A stretch of 64,000 nucleotides of DNA. Origin: the human T2T-CHM13v2.0 reference genome, Homo sapiens. Positions 42,801-56,231 of the stretch are shown one piece after another (position 1 is the first letter of the stretch; each line of letters begins with the position of its first letter). Below the pieces are notes generated by a model. It had not been told where the DNA came from and made no database searches. It saw only the letters and a program-made list of their open reading frames with translations. The stretch is taken from assembly GCF_009914755.1 (NCBI RefSeq), contig NC_060926.1. The stretch is one strand, 5' to 3'. Both the position numbers and the translations under genes were made by a program.

Positions 42801-43434
42801 GGGAACACTTCTACACTGCTGGTAGGAATGTAAACTAGGACAGCTGCTATGGAAAACAGTGTGGAGATTCCTTAAAGAAGTAAAAGTAGAAATACCATTT
42901 GATCCAGCAATCCTACTACTGGGTATCTACCCAGAGGAAAAGAAGTCACTGTTTGAAAAAGATACTTGCACATGCATGTTTATAGCAGCACAATTCACAA
43001 TTGCAAAATCATGGAACCCCAACAAGTGGATAAAGAAACTGTGGTGTATATATGATGGAATACTACTCAGCCATAAAAAGGAATGAATTAACAGCATTTT
43101 CAGTGACCTGGATGAGATTGGAGACTATTATTCTAAGTGAAGTAACTCAGGAATGGAAAACGAAACATCATATGTTATCACTGATATGAGGGAGCTAAGC
43201 CATGAAGGCATAAGAATGATATAGTGGACTTTGGGGACTTGGAGGGAAGAGTGGGAGGGTGGTGACGGATAAAAGACTACAAATACAGGGCAATGTATAC
43301 TGCTTGGGTGATGGGTGCACCAAAATCTCACATATCACCACTAAACAACTTCCTCATGTAACCAAATACAACCTATACCCCAATAACTTATGGAAAAATA
43401 AAATAAAATAATAATAATAATAATAAATAAAAAT
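36832..43434 (+). mobile_element. Full-length L1 (L1PB1-like, about 6.6 kb), sense to MARCO, ORF1 and ORF2 disabled
   Basis: About 1.4 kb 5'UTR, ORF1 remnants (SPRHIVIRLSK, YKGKPIRLTADFSAETLQARR), EN and RT remnants (SDHSGIKLEI, LFADDM), L1PB-type 3'UTR and A-rich tail; degraded TSD aaaagttttctggag / aaaactttttttgtag. Confidence 0.93.
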
Positions 43435-44014
43435 AAAACTTTTTTTGTAGATTTTGTGGAATGGTTTATGTAGATGGTCATGTACTCTACAAATAAGAAC
43501 ATTTTAATTTCTTTCTTTCCAAACTGTATGCCTTTTATTTCTTTTTCTTGCCTTACTGCTCTGGCTAGAACTTCCCAGTGCTATGTTGAATAAGAAGGCA
43601 AGAACATATATCCTTGCCTTGTTTCGAATCTTAAGGGAAAAGTGTCCTGTCTTTCACCATTAAGTATGATGTTAGCTTTAGATAGTTTGTAGATGCAGTT
43701 TTTTAAGTTGAGGAAGTTCTCCTCTATTTCTAGTTTGCTAAGAATTTTTATTGTGAGTTTATTATTTGTTATGAGTCATAGTTTTGAATTATAATGATGA
43801 GAGTTTTACTATGAATTGGATTTTGGCAAGTGCTTTTTCTGCACTAATTTTATGGTTTTTCTTCTTTAGCTTGCTGATCTGGTGGAATATATTGATTAAG
43901 TTTAAAACATTGAACCATCCTTGCATATCTGGAATAAATCCCACTTTGTTGTGGCATATAATTTTTTAAATATATTGCTTGATATTATTTACTAACTTTT
44001 TTATGCAAGTTTTT

Positions 44015-45808
44015 TTTGAAATTTTTATTTCTATTTTAAGTTCCAGAGTACATGTGCAGAATGTGCAGGTTTGTTACACAGGTAAATGTATGCCATGGTG
44101 GTTTGCTGCACCCGTCAACCCATCACCTAGATATTAAGCTCAGAATGCATGAGCTATTATTCCTAATGCTCTCCCTATACCCCCACCCCCTGACTGGCCC
44201 CAGTGTGTGTTGTTCCCCTCCTTGTGTCCACGTGTTCTCATTGTTCAGCTCCCACATATAAGTGAGAACATGCAGTGTTTGGTTTTCTGTTCCTACATTA
44301 GTTTTCTGAGGATAATGGCTTCCAGCTCCATCCATGTCACTGCAAAGGACACGATCTCATTCCTTTTCATGGCTGCACAGTATTCCCTGGAGTAAATGTA
44401 CCACATTTTCTTTATCCAGTCTATCATTGATGGACGTTTGGGTTGATTCCATGTCTTTGTTATTGTGAAGAGTGCTGCAATGAACATACATGTGCCATAT
44501 ATCTTTATAATAGAATGGTTTGTAATAGGATTGCTGGGTCAAATGGTATTTCTGGTTCTAGATCTTTGAGGAAACACCACACTGTCTTCCACAATGGTTG
44601 AACTAATTTACATTCCCACCAACAGTGTAAAAGTGTTCCTATTTCTCTGGAACCTCACCAGCATCTGCTGTTTCTTGACTTTTTAATAATCCCCATTCTG
44701 ACTGATGTGAGATGGTATCTCATTGTGGTTTTGATTTTCATTTCTCTAATGATCAGTGATGTTGAACTTTCTTTTCTTGCGTATGTTGGCTACATGAATG
44801 TCTTCTTTTGAGAAGTGTCTGTTCATGTCCCTTATTCACTTTTTAATGAGGTTGTTTTTTTTTCTTGTAAATTTGTTCAAGTTCCTTGCAGATTCTGAAT
44901 ATTAGACCTTTGTCAGATGGATAGATCGCAAAAAATTTTCTCTCACTCTGTAGGTTGCCTGTTCACTCTGATGATAGTGTCTTTTGCTGTGCAAAAGCTC
45001 TTTAGTTTAATTAGATCCCATTTGTCAATTTTTGCTTTTGTTGCAGTTGCTTTTGGCAATTTCCTCATGAAATCTTTGCCCATGCCTATGTCCTGAATGG
45101 TATTGCCTAGATTTTCTTCCAGGGTTTTTATAGTTTTGGGTTTTACATTTAAGTCTTTAATCCATCTTGAGTTAATTTTTGTATAAGATGTAAGAAAGGG
45201 ATCCAGTTTCAGTTTTCTGCATATGGCTAGCCAGTTTTCCCAGAACCATTTATTGAATAGGAGATCCTTTCCCCATTGCTTGTTTTTGTCAGGTTTGTTG
45301 AAGATCAGATGCTCGTAGACGTGCGGTCTTATTGCTGAGTTGTCTATTCTGTTCCATTAGTCTATGTGTCTGTTTTTGTACCAGTACTATGCTGTTTTGG
45401 TTACTGTAGACTTGTAGAATAGTTTGAAGTCTGGTAGTGTGATGCCTCCAGCTCTGTTCTTTTTGCTTAGGATTTTCTTGGATATACAAGCTCTTTTTTG
45501 GTTCTGTATAATTTTGAGATAGTTTCTTCTAATTCTGTGAAGAATGTCAGTGGTAGTTTAATGGGAAATGTGTTGAATCTATAAATTACTTTGGGCAGTA
45601 TGGTCATTTTCATGATGTTGATTCTTCCTATTTATGAGTATGAAATGTTTTTCCATTTGTTCACGTCCTCTCTGATTTCCTTGAGCAGCAGTTTGTAGTT
45701 CTCCTTGAAGAGGTCCTTCACGTCCTCTATTAACTGTATTCCTAGGTATTTTATTCTCTGTAGCAATTGTGAATGGAAGTTCATTCACAATTTTGTTCTC
45801 TGCTTGCC
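44015..45808 (-). mobile_element. 5'-truncated L1PA (L1PA8-like), about 1.8 kb
   Basis: Reverse L1PA 3'UTR and ORF2 3' remnants ([16 protein letters not shown]; [11 protein letters not shown]). Confidence 0.9.
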
Positions 45809-47880
45809 TTTTACTGAAGATTTTTGTGTCAAAGTTCATGAAATAGTTTTGTTTGTTTCTTTCTTTCTTTTTACTGGACTATCTTTGATTTTCATATTAG
45901 GATCATTCTGATCTCATAAAATGAATTAGAAAGTGTTTCTTCCTTTTCTGTAAGAGATTGTGTAAAACTGATGCTAACTCTTCTTTAAATGTTTATTACG
46001 ATATGCTGGTAAAACTATCTGGGCCTGAATATTTCTTTTCTGGGAGCTTTTAAATTAAAATTTAGATTTATTTAATGATTATAGATATTCAGATTATCTA
46101 TTTCACCTTGGCTGAGTTTTGGTAGTTTGTGGCTTTTCAGGAACTAGCCTATTTCCTTTAAATTGTGAGCATAAAGTTAGTGATAGTATTTTCTTATTTT
46201 CTTTTTAATGGCTGCAGGATCTGTAGTGATAGCACCTGTTTCATTTCTGATATTGGCTATCCGTGTCTTCTTTCATTTTTATTTTTGTTCAGTCTTGCTA
46301 GAGATTTGCCAATTTTATTGACTTTGTTCAAAGAGCTAGCTTTTGTTTCATTGATTTTTCTCTATCTTCCTATTTTAAATTTTATTTATTTATATTCTTA
46401 TCTTTATTATTTCCTTTTCTGGTGATTAGGAGTTATTTTGTTCTTTTCTAATTTCTTGAGGAAAAAACTTAGTGTGTTGATTGGAGGCCTTTTTTATTTT
46501 TGGTGTAAGCAGTTCGTGCTATAAATTTTCTTTTCAGAGCTGCTTTTTTTTATCCCATAAATTTTAATATATTGTATTTTCATTTCCTTTCATTTGTATT
46601 TTTAAAATTTTTTTGATGCTTTCTTAATGACCCATGCATTATATAGAAGTCCTTTTTTAAATGTTCCAAATGTTTGGAGATTTTCCTGTTGCCTATCCAT
46701 TGTTGATTTTTATTTTTATTGTATTATTGGCAAATAAGGTATTCTGTATGACCTTGGTTTTTTTTCATTTGGTTGAAATTTGTTTTATGACCTAGGATAT
46801 CATCTATTTTGGTGTATGTTCCATGTGTCCTTGAAAAGGATGTACATTCTGCTGTTGCTACCTGGAGTATTCTGTGTGTTCATTAGATACTATCAGTCAG
46901 TAGTGCTAGTGTTTAGTTCTTCTGTAACTTTGCAGAGTTTCTATCAATTGCTGAAACTACGTGTTAAAGTCTCAACTATAATTGTGTATTGTCTATTTCT
47001 TTTTTCAGTTAAATCAGTTTTTGCTTCATGTATTTTGAAGTTCTATTGTTTGATTTCTTATTTATAGCACATTGTTGGATTATGTTTTTTAATACAGTTT
47101 GGCAATATCCGTCCTCTGATTTAGACCATTTATACCGAAAGTAATTATTGATATGTCAGTGCTTAAATTGGCCATCTTATTGTGTGTTTTCTGTTTTTTC
47201 TTTGTTTCCCATTCATGTATTTCTCTTTTCTTGCCTTCCTGTGGATTATTTGAATAATTTTTAGAATTCCATTTTGATTTATTTATAGTGTTTTTTATTG
47301 AATAGTTTTCTTAATGGTTTCTCTACTTATTGCAATATACATATGGAACTTATCGCAGCCTGGCTATTGCAATATACATACAGAACATATCAACATTTTA
47401 CCATTTTGAGTCAAGTGTAGAAATCTTACTTTCATTTATGTTCTTTAGCCTTCTCCACTTTTTAAATATAATTGTCATTTTCTATTACATTCACTGAACA
47501 CCACATCAGGTGGTATAATTTTTGTGTTAAAAATCAAATGTGATTTTTAAAACTCATGAGGAGAAGGATGCTGTAGTATATATCCCTATTTTTACTTGTT
47601 CTATTATTCTCTTTCTTTTTTGAAATTCTAGTTTACTATATCATTTCCTTTCTGTTAGGGGAACCTCCTCTAGTCATTCTTTAAAGTTAGTTCTGCCAGT
47701 AAAAGATTCTCTTCATTTCTCTTCCTCTGAGAGTGTCTTTATTTCTTGTCCATTCCCACAGTGTATTTTTATTGGCAATATAATTCCTGGTTGACAATTC
47801 TTCTTTTTCAGAACACAAAATAAGCTGTACCACTTACATCTGTTCTCCATAGTTTCTGATGAGAAACTTTCTGTCATTCA

Positions 47881-48234
<354 letters not shown>

Positions 48235-49307
48235 CTAGATTTTTCCTTTTTCCTTAGATGTTTAATTTTCTCTGCCTTTTTATGTTTTCAATGTTTTAGT
48301 TATGATGTGTCTTGATATGGATTTCTTTGAGTTTATCATGTTTGCGATTTTGGCAGTTTCTTTAATCTGTAGGTTTAGATCTTCCACGAAATTAGGGAAA
48401 TTTTTAGCCATTATTTCTTTGAATATTTTTTAAGCCTCACACTTTTTCTAGGAATTAAATGATATGAATTGTAGGTGTTTTGTTACTGGCCCACAGGTCT
48501 CTGAGGCTCTGTTCATGTGTGTTTGTTTGTTTTCCCAGCTGATTTTCTGTTTTTCAGACGTGTAATTTCTATTGTTCTATCATCGAGTTAACTGATTCTT
48601 TCCTCTGTCACATCTATTACACTATTCAGCTCATCTACCAAGTCTTTTTTCTTTCATTGGTATTTTTTTAGTTCTATAGTTTCCATTTGGTTCTTTTTTT
48701 ATATGTTGTACTATTTTGGTGAGCTTTTAAAAAATTTGTTTCAAGAATAGTTTTAATTGCTCACTAAGGCATTTTGTTACAGCTGCTTTAAAATTCTTGT
48801 GGAATAGTTTTAACATCTGTGTCATCTCAATGCTGGTATCTCTTGATTGTCTCCTCTCATCTGAGTTGTGATTTTCTCTATTCTTTGTATGATGGGTGAT
48901 TTTCCATTATATAATGGATGTTTTGTATAGTATGTTAGGAGATTCTGAGTCCTATTTAAAACTTCTATTTTAGTAGACAGTCACAGAGTCACACAGTTTA
49001 GGTTTATTATGTAGGTTCTGGCCTACTTGTGTGGGCTATGGTACAATGACAATTTAGTTTTCAGAGCCCTGTCCACGTTATTTTGATCCACTTTGTTTAC
49101 CTGGTGCCATTAGTTCTTGCTGGTCCCCTGCTGGTCCTTCCTGCAAGGCAGAAGGCACGTTCCAGTACTGCCTGGTGCTATCAGGTAGGAAGTGAGATAC
49201 ATCAGGCCCAAAGGGAAGACATTACTTCTCTGGGTCTGCTCACCAGGCAGCCCAGTGCTAGGGTAGAGTGAGGACACCTGCTCAATGTCCACTAGTGTTA
49301 TAGCACG

Positions 49308-49414
49308 GGAGGAGGACACCCTACCAGCACTGCCTGCTACCCCAGGAGGTGGCAGACCTGGAGGAGGACACCCTACCAGCACTGCCTGCTACCCCAGGAG
49401 GTGGCAGACCTGGA
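49308..49414. repeat. Perfect tandem duplication, 2 x 52 bp
   Basis: GGAGGAGGACACCCTACCAGCACTGCCTGCTACCCCAGGAGGTGGCAGACCT at 49308-49359 and 49360-49411, followed by GGA. Confidence 0.95.
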
Positions 49415-52400
49415 AAGACTAGAATTTGTGTGCAGGCTTTTTTTCTTCACTGGGATCTTTTACAGACTTGAAAAATTATTTTTATTTCCCTCCTGAGCTA
49501 TGTTTTCATTGTGGGCCAGACAATAGAGCTGTCAAATTTCTGAAACCTGCTTGCCTAAAATCTTTGCCCATACTCATCAAGGTTTACTCCAGGGAAGCCC
49601 ATTTTTATTTACTAGCAGCTGTTTTTATCCTCTCATGTCAAGCAGCTCTTCCTCTTTGGTCAAACCTGATCCAGAATAGGTGTTTTCTTTATAGTTTCTT
49701 CTACCCTCTAAGAGATGAAATGAACAGTGTAGAGGCTAAAGACTTCATCAGACCCTCCATTTTGTACAGAATGAGTTATATAGGTCTACAGGCTCAACAT
49801 TCCCAGTTTCTAAAATACTTTGCCTCTATGCCAGGTGGTAGCTCTGAATTTAAAAAGCATTCTGGGCCTGGATGGCTATCCATGAACTACTGTCACAGTA
49901 TTACCATACCTTATTTTTTCTCATTGTATCCTTACTCACATGCCTTCCACCACGCTCTGACCATATGGTTTCAAAATATCTGTATTTTCCATGCTTGCTC
50001 CAGCCTCTGACTTCTGTAATACCTGTGTCTCTGAAGCACAATTTACCTTTCCATTCCCATGATGTTTGTTTCATAAAATTTAGTGCTGTCCAAAAACAGT
50101 GCTGTCCATGACACTGTATTTGCCAATTTGCCATCCACCACCTCGTGTTAAATGTGAGGCTCCCCTCGTGTGTTATTTGTCTTCATCATGACGGTTGCAT
50201 GAATACCTGAGGCCCTGAGTTGCATTCCTGATGTTCTTTCAACACTTCTAACTCTGCACATGTTCAGCACCCAAACCTCTGTAGCCACTCATTCATTCAT
50301 CTATTCAGTCATCATCTTCCCAGCATGTTGTGTGCCAGATACCACGTTGGTGCTGGAATACAGCTCAAAGAGCTTCCAGGCCATTTGGGGAGACAGAGAC
50401 AAAAACACAATCCAGGGTGATCAGTGCTATGGCAGAGAGAAACAGAGTGATGTGGGAGAGCCAAGGGGGGTTCCACCCAGCCCAGAGGAACCAGAGAAGG
50501 TGTCCTGAAGCAGGACGGGCTCTACTGAACTTCCGAAGGATGAGCAGAAATTAGTCTTGTGAAAGGGAAGGAGGAGAGCCAGTATTCAGGGGACACACAT
50601 TGCCCCAAGTCAGAAGAATGCCACCAGTTGTCATCTGGCCTGGCCATTGGTCAGGATCCATGTGGAGGTGTGACATGGAACTGCAGCCATAGGAGAGCTG
50701 GCCAGACGGGCTTCAGGTGCCAGGTTGGGAGCAGTGAGCCCCCACTGAAGGGCTGAGAGCAGGGAATGACTTGGGCAGGTTATGTGTTGTGGGGCTCACT
50801 CAGGCTGCTGTGTGAGCCTGGATTCTGGGGGGTAGGGTGCAGAGGAGACGGGGCACTCCATGCTAAACTGAGTATAATCGAGTACCACTAGCTAAACAAC
50901 CAACCCACCAACAAAACCACTCCTCTCTGTGCTGCCAGAGCTACCCCTAGACCATTGTTCATCTGGGCATTTCTCAAGCAGGGGTCCCTGCTGTGCGGGG
51001 GTTGGAAGGAATATCAGCAGGGTAAACACAGGAGCTGCAGGTGATAGGAAAAGATCTGAGGTTTAAGTGCATCTGTCACAATAGTTAAAACCCACCTGCC
51101 CCTATCACAAAAGCAAACATGGTTGGGCACACATTCCCTTGGGCTCCTTCATTATTGTCTGTTTCCCTTTCAGATGTGCCCTTGGGGCCCATTTCAACTG
51201 GATCTTTCCTAGGGGCAGTGGTCAGTGCAGGCTAGTGAGGCAAGCTCAGGCCTTGAAGCTAGACCAACCTGGGGTCATATGCCTGCTGTGTCACCTGCCA
51301 CCTTAACTTTTTAACCCCAGCTCTCTCCTCTGTAAAGGAGTGTAACCATGCCTACCTTGCAGGGTTGCTGCAATGGTTAGAGATGATGTTGGTAAATGCC
51401 TGGTGTGGAATAGGTGCTCATTTAATGTGAGCAGTAGGAACTGCAGGGCCTTCTGCAGTCTGGGGCCCTCCCTTTAATACCCCTAAACAAGACAGAGTAA
51501 CAGCTGACGAAAGACTAGAGTCAGGACTTCCAGGCAAGAAATATTACAGCCTCTTTTGTAATGTCGCAAACTGGAAACAGCTCATTAAAAGGGAAATGTT
51601 AGCATGAACTGTGGCTTTTGTCTCTAAGGAGTATTAGGCAGCTAATCTCTCTCTACAAAGAAAACTAGGAAAATGTCCACGAAAATCTTTCACTGTGAAA
51701 AGCAATGTGTGGTATTTTATGTACTATGATATCATTTGTAAGATTAAAAGAAAAAAAGGCTTTCTCAGACTATATGGGTTTGTAGGATTTCTGGACAGGA
51801 GGGATGGGAGGAAGACCACACCCCAGAGTGCTAATAGAGATTATCTCATCGGGTTAGGACCTTAGGGGGTTGAGGGATGATTATTAACCCTTGTCATGCC
51901 CTGTACATTATTTGATAAAATATATCAAGCATGTTTTACTTTTATAATTTACAAATCTTAAGGAAAAAAAAGACCTAGACATGAATTCCAGATCTGCTTC
52001 TTATAACCTAATAAGTTATTTAATTTCTCCAAGTCTCACTACTTGTTTGCCAAATGGGAACAACCCTCCTCCTCCCAGAGTTTTGAAATTTAAACACATT
52101 AATTCATAATTTATTCCACAAACAGAGATTGAGAACCCAACAGGGCCAGGCACCATGCTGGGGCTTCACCAGTGAACAAGGTTGATATGACACCTTTTCC
52201 AGCAAATGATATATGGCACAGATGTTTATTTGCCCAGCCACACAGATGAGTGACCAACAGTGGCAATTTTTGCTTTGTGGCAAGAAAGAGGATTGGGGGA
52301 TGATTTGGGAGTCATGAGCTTTTGGTGTCTTTCCCAGCTGACCTCACAGGGTGCCCCCTGCTCACATGGAGTAGGGCCTGGAGCAGGCAGGGACTTCCTG

Positions 52401-52447
52401 TGCTGTGTTCTCTGCAGCAGCCTCCTTCCTCCTGGCTTGTGTTTCAG

Positions 52448-52549
52448 TTCCAAAGCCCAAGAGGAGAAATGGGGTGAACTTCTCCCTAGCTGTGGTGGTC
52501 ATCTACCTGATCCTGCTCACCGCTGGCGCTGGGCTGCTGGTGGTCCAAG
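52448..52549 (+). CDS. MARCO: MARCO exon 2 (basic juxtamembrane VPKPKRRN + transmembrane helix FSLAVVVIYLILLTAGAGLLVVQ)
   Basis: Acceptor gtgtttcag|, donor G|gtaaag; 102 nt, phase 1-1; type II membrane topology (basic cluster then hydrophobic helix). Confidence 0.97.
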
Positions 52550-53401
52550 GTAAAGCAGGCTTGGTCCTGTGTAGTCCCTCCTGGGGGGAGAGGGGTGACC
52601 CAGCTGGGCCCCTCAGATGAAGGGCTCAGGTTGAGTGGAGAGCCTCGGGCCACTGCTCCCATCTGCTGGGAGACAGTCTCAGCCCCTGGCAGCCACAGTG
52701 ATGAGAGGAGCAAAGAAGGAGTGTATGTTGTGTGTATGTGTGCCTGAGGGAGGGAGAGAGAGAGACATTGAGAATGCTCTTGTGAGCCTATGTGTCTAAG
52801 CAGTGAAAGACATCATAATTTCACACGGGGGATGACACACACTTCTGACATCTAAGACTCCCAGCCTCTGAGTGGGAAGGGCTTTGCTGATCCAAGTGTC
52901 CATTTGAACATGATTTTACTTTTGAAGTATTCCCAATCTAAAGGTTAAAGTCATGAAGTCGTTCCATGAGCAGACACTGAAGTCACTCAAGAACGCTGAA
53001 TGAGCAGTTGTCATAAACACGTCTTGTGTGTATTAAGATCACACACGAATGCTGCTTGCACATATTTAGGTCAGACCAGCATGTTAGCTGTCATGCATCT
53101 ACACCCAGAGCATGCAGGAAGGTCTTAACTGCCTGAAGGTTGGAGATTGATTGTGGATGCAGTAGGCACAGCTTTAGGCCACGCAGAAATGTTTTGTGGA
53201 CGTGCAATATCATGCCTGAGTGTGGAGCGCACATGGTCAAGATGTAGAAAAGGCCGTGTGCTCACGCTAGGTCCTGACAGCACATGGAATTTGTGTTTAC
53301 AAATTCAGGGCCTGTAGAAGTTATGCACACATGACACAAGAATGTCAGGGATATGCTCAAATGCCTCAGTCCCTAAAAGAATGCTGTGGGGTGGGGCCCA
53401 G

Positions 53402-53626
53402 TTCTGAATCTGCAGGCGCGGCTCCGGGTCCTGGAGATGTATTTCCTCAATGACACTCTGGCGGCTGAGGACAGCCCGTCCTTCTCCTTGCTGCAGTCAG
53501 CACACCCTGGAGAACACCTGGCTCAGGGTGCATCGAGGCTGCAAGTCCTGCAGGCCCAACTCACCTGGGTCCGCGTCAGCCATGAGCACTTGCTGCAGCG
53601 GGTAGACAACTTCACTCAGAACCCAG
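53402..53626 (+). CDS. MARCO: MARCO exon 3 (extracellular spacer / coiled-coil region, N-glycosylation sequons NDT and NFT)
   Basis: ggcccag|TTCTG ... AACCCAG|gtttgg; 225 nt, phase 1-1; VLNLQARLRVLEMYFLNDT...RVDNFTQNP, in frame with exons 2 and 4. Confidence 0.95.
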
Positions 53627-54786
53627 GTTTGGCCTCCTCCCCTCTGGGTCAGGACTTCTCAACAGAGGTCTGGGAGACAGCGGGATCAGGAACCAGGAAA
53701 TTAAGGACCCTGTCCAAGCAAAGTGTGACCTCCAAGAGCCAGGGACTTAGAGCAACCAGCTCAATGCCAAGTCTGAACCCAGAGTCCCCACATGGATCCA
53801 GAATGTCTGGGAGGGAGGGTAAAACACAGAGCCTGGGGCGGTTCCCTGGACCACTCCCCCACAGCTGACTTACACTGACATGAGGTTGGGGAGAGAGCAA
53901 CTGAAGGCACCAAACTAGTTCAGACAATGTGGGGACTTTGTGGGGAGGAGGACACCCGGACCTGCTGGGGGAAAGGTGGTGACTTGGGTGGTAGGGCTGC
54001 AGGCTGGGGAAAATTGAGCCAAGGGTTAAAACCCCAAGGGTGCCCCTTCCCTCGGTGCTCTCAGGGCCTTGCAGCTGCACCCTCTCCTCTCTCAGCCTGC
54101 CCCAAAATGGGAAGAGCCTCGCCCTCAGACAGTTTCAGCAAAACCAGCTGCTAGGTGTGGCTCAACTGTTGTAGGGTTTACCCCGTGACACAGAGCTCCA
54201 GCCCCAGCAGGGTTCCTTGCTCTGGGCCCTGTGTGAGCTGAGGCTTAGGAGGGTGATCCCATGGCTAGGTCCTGTGACCAAGGGGTACGCCCAGCACGGG
54301 ACCCAGGAGGCCAATCCCTCCAGAGGCTGTGGCCTCCCCAGGGAGAAAAGACGAAGGCTGAGTGGGGGTGTGAGGAGGGGCGATAGCTGTGGGCAGATGG
54401 AAGGAGTCCACGTTCAGACACAGACACCATGGGAGTGTCTCTTCCTTCCTTGAAATGTGAAGGAGCTCATTTTGACCAATACGAAGGGGTTCTACCTCCT
54501 CAGGCTGGTTTGAAGCAACCTCCTTTCCCCACCTCCAAGACTCCCAGGGATCTACAGGTCTCGGGGTGCAGTCCGCTAGTTGCAGCTGAGCATCTGGCTC
54601 TTTCCAAGGACTCTTTCCCAAAAAACAGCCAGGTGCTTGGCTCCTGTTGTCCAAACCCCCACAGTCTGATGGGAGCCCCACACAGGAGGGCTTACCCTCC
54701 CACTGCAGAACCTGGGCACTCTCAGTTGGGGCTTGGGCCAAGGGTACCCCACAGCTCAGCTGCAGCTCACTCTCCTTCCCTTGCAG

Positions 54787-54822
54787 GGATGTTCAGAATC
54801 AAAGGTGAACAAGGCGCCCCAG
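54787..54822 (+). CDS. MARCO: MARCO exon 4 (36-nt exon, GMFRIKGEQGAP, start of collagen domain)
   Basis: ccttgcag|GGATG...CCAG|gtaggt, strong polypyrimidine tract, phase 1-1. Confidence 0.94.
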
Positions 54823-55249
54823 GTAGGTTCATTTCCACTCACACCCACCCTGCTCTTTCCCCAAAACCTCCCCAAAAGGGCCCCTTGGCCTGTGCCATTC
54901 TGGGTCTGGACAGCTGACCCTAGCTTACCTTCCCCTGTCTCCACAGCCTCCTTTGTCTTCAGTTGGGTCTCCTCTCTGTTCCCAGAACTTAACTGGACTC
55001 CCAGACCCTGGGCTGTCATCCCCCTCCTTACTTAAAGAGGCTTCCTCTCTCCACTCCCCCATCCAAATCTAGCTACCTTCCCAGGCCAGACCAGGCATCA
55101 TCTGGCTGCCAGGGCAGCCTCTCTCCTGGTTTCCTGTAAGCATTCCTTCCAGGTGACTCTTACCTACCACATACATAGCACTTCCCACCAGAGGTGCTGT
55201 GCTCATTTCCATGGTGTCTCACTCCTCTCTCCTACAGGGCAGTAATGAT

Positions 55250-55940
55250 GGGAGGCAGGTGTCATGGAGGCGCAGGCTGTGCGGTCAGGCCGATCTGAGT
55301 TCTAATCCTGGGCCTGGGGCTTACTGGCGGTGTGACTCTGGGTCAGTTACTTAAGTTTTCTGGAGCCCCAGCCACTCACCTGTGTAGGAAGCAGTGGAGA
55401 TAATCGACTCGCCTCACAGAGTTGCTGTAGGACTCAAGGGAGTGCAAAAGCTGTCTGACAATGGCATGTGCTCTCTGAGGACAAGGCTATGGTTGTTTGC
55501 CTTTTCTTCCTGCCTCAACCCACATGTGTTGTGTTACACACACGCTTCACTCACAGCCCTGTTCCATTTCATCTGCTGAGTGGTTGAAATTTCCCCCTGA
55601 GGATAAATATACATGCCATTTTTGGGACAGAATCCTTTGGTCCCATAATATTTCAAGGATGGCCCAGATCACACCATTGGCCAGGGAGGGTTTTGAGGCA
55701 GCCTTGCAAAGTGATGGAAGCAGGGACTTGGGAGACTGGTGGGCCTACAGAAAATCCTGGATCTGCCCCTGTAAACTGGGTGGCCTTGAGTAAGTCACCT
55801 AACATTTCTGAGCTCTATGTCCTCCCCCGTAAGATGGAGATATGGTAGGACTTCCTAGGATTGGTGTCAGGATAAAACAATAAATGTACACCTCTTAGTC
55901 CAGTGTCCAGCAAAGAGCAAGTACTCAATGATGTTCTTGT
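55250..55940 (+). mobile_element. MIR fragments (others at about 51220-51430, 57290-57430, 59970-60095, 61880-62390)
   Basis: MIR core motifs such as tgtgactctgggtcagttacttaa and gtgaccttgggcaaatgaattaacctctct; boundaries approximate. Confidence 0.6.
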
Positions 55941-56231
55941 CTTCGTTATTATTATGACTATTATTTGCTATTGTTATATATGGTTGTTATTCTGTTATTC
56001 TTGAGAAAACTAAATGCTGCTGCTAGGAGAGCCTCCAGCCTGATGAATGCTGGCTCCTCTCCTTTAAGGAGGGGCAGTTTCAACAATTTCAATTGCTTTT
56101 GCTGACAGAATCAATGCTTAAACTTCTTCTCAACCCAATGGGTTCAGTACAACCTTCAAAATCTGCCTGTCACCCGCCCTAGGCACAGTGCTGCCCACCT
56201 CACCCCAGAGCACAGAACATGGCTTCTATGG

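Noticed and set aside
38803-43086. L1 ORF1/ORF2 pieces as functional CDS
   Set aside because: Fragmented by many stops and frameshifts; not retrotransposition-competent.
49426-50010. 194-aa ORF in intron 1
   Set aside because: Non-ATG start, no recognisable domain and no splice context; compatible with chance.
53368-53380. U12-type intron for intron 2
   Set aside because: The branch-like TCCCTAAA only weakly resembles TCCTTAAC, and the donor is GTAAAG rather than GTATCCTT.
53627-53868. ORF read-through from exon 3 into intron 3
   Set aside because: A GT donor at 53627 joins in frame to exon 4; the extension is unremarkable and no poly(A) signal was seen nearby.
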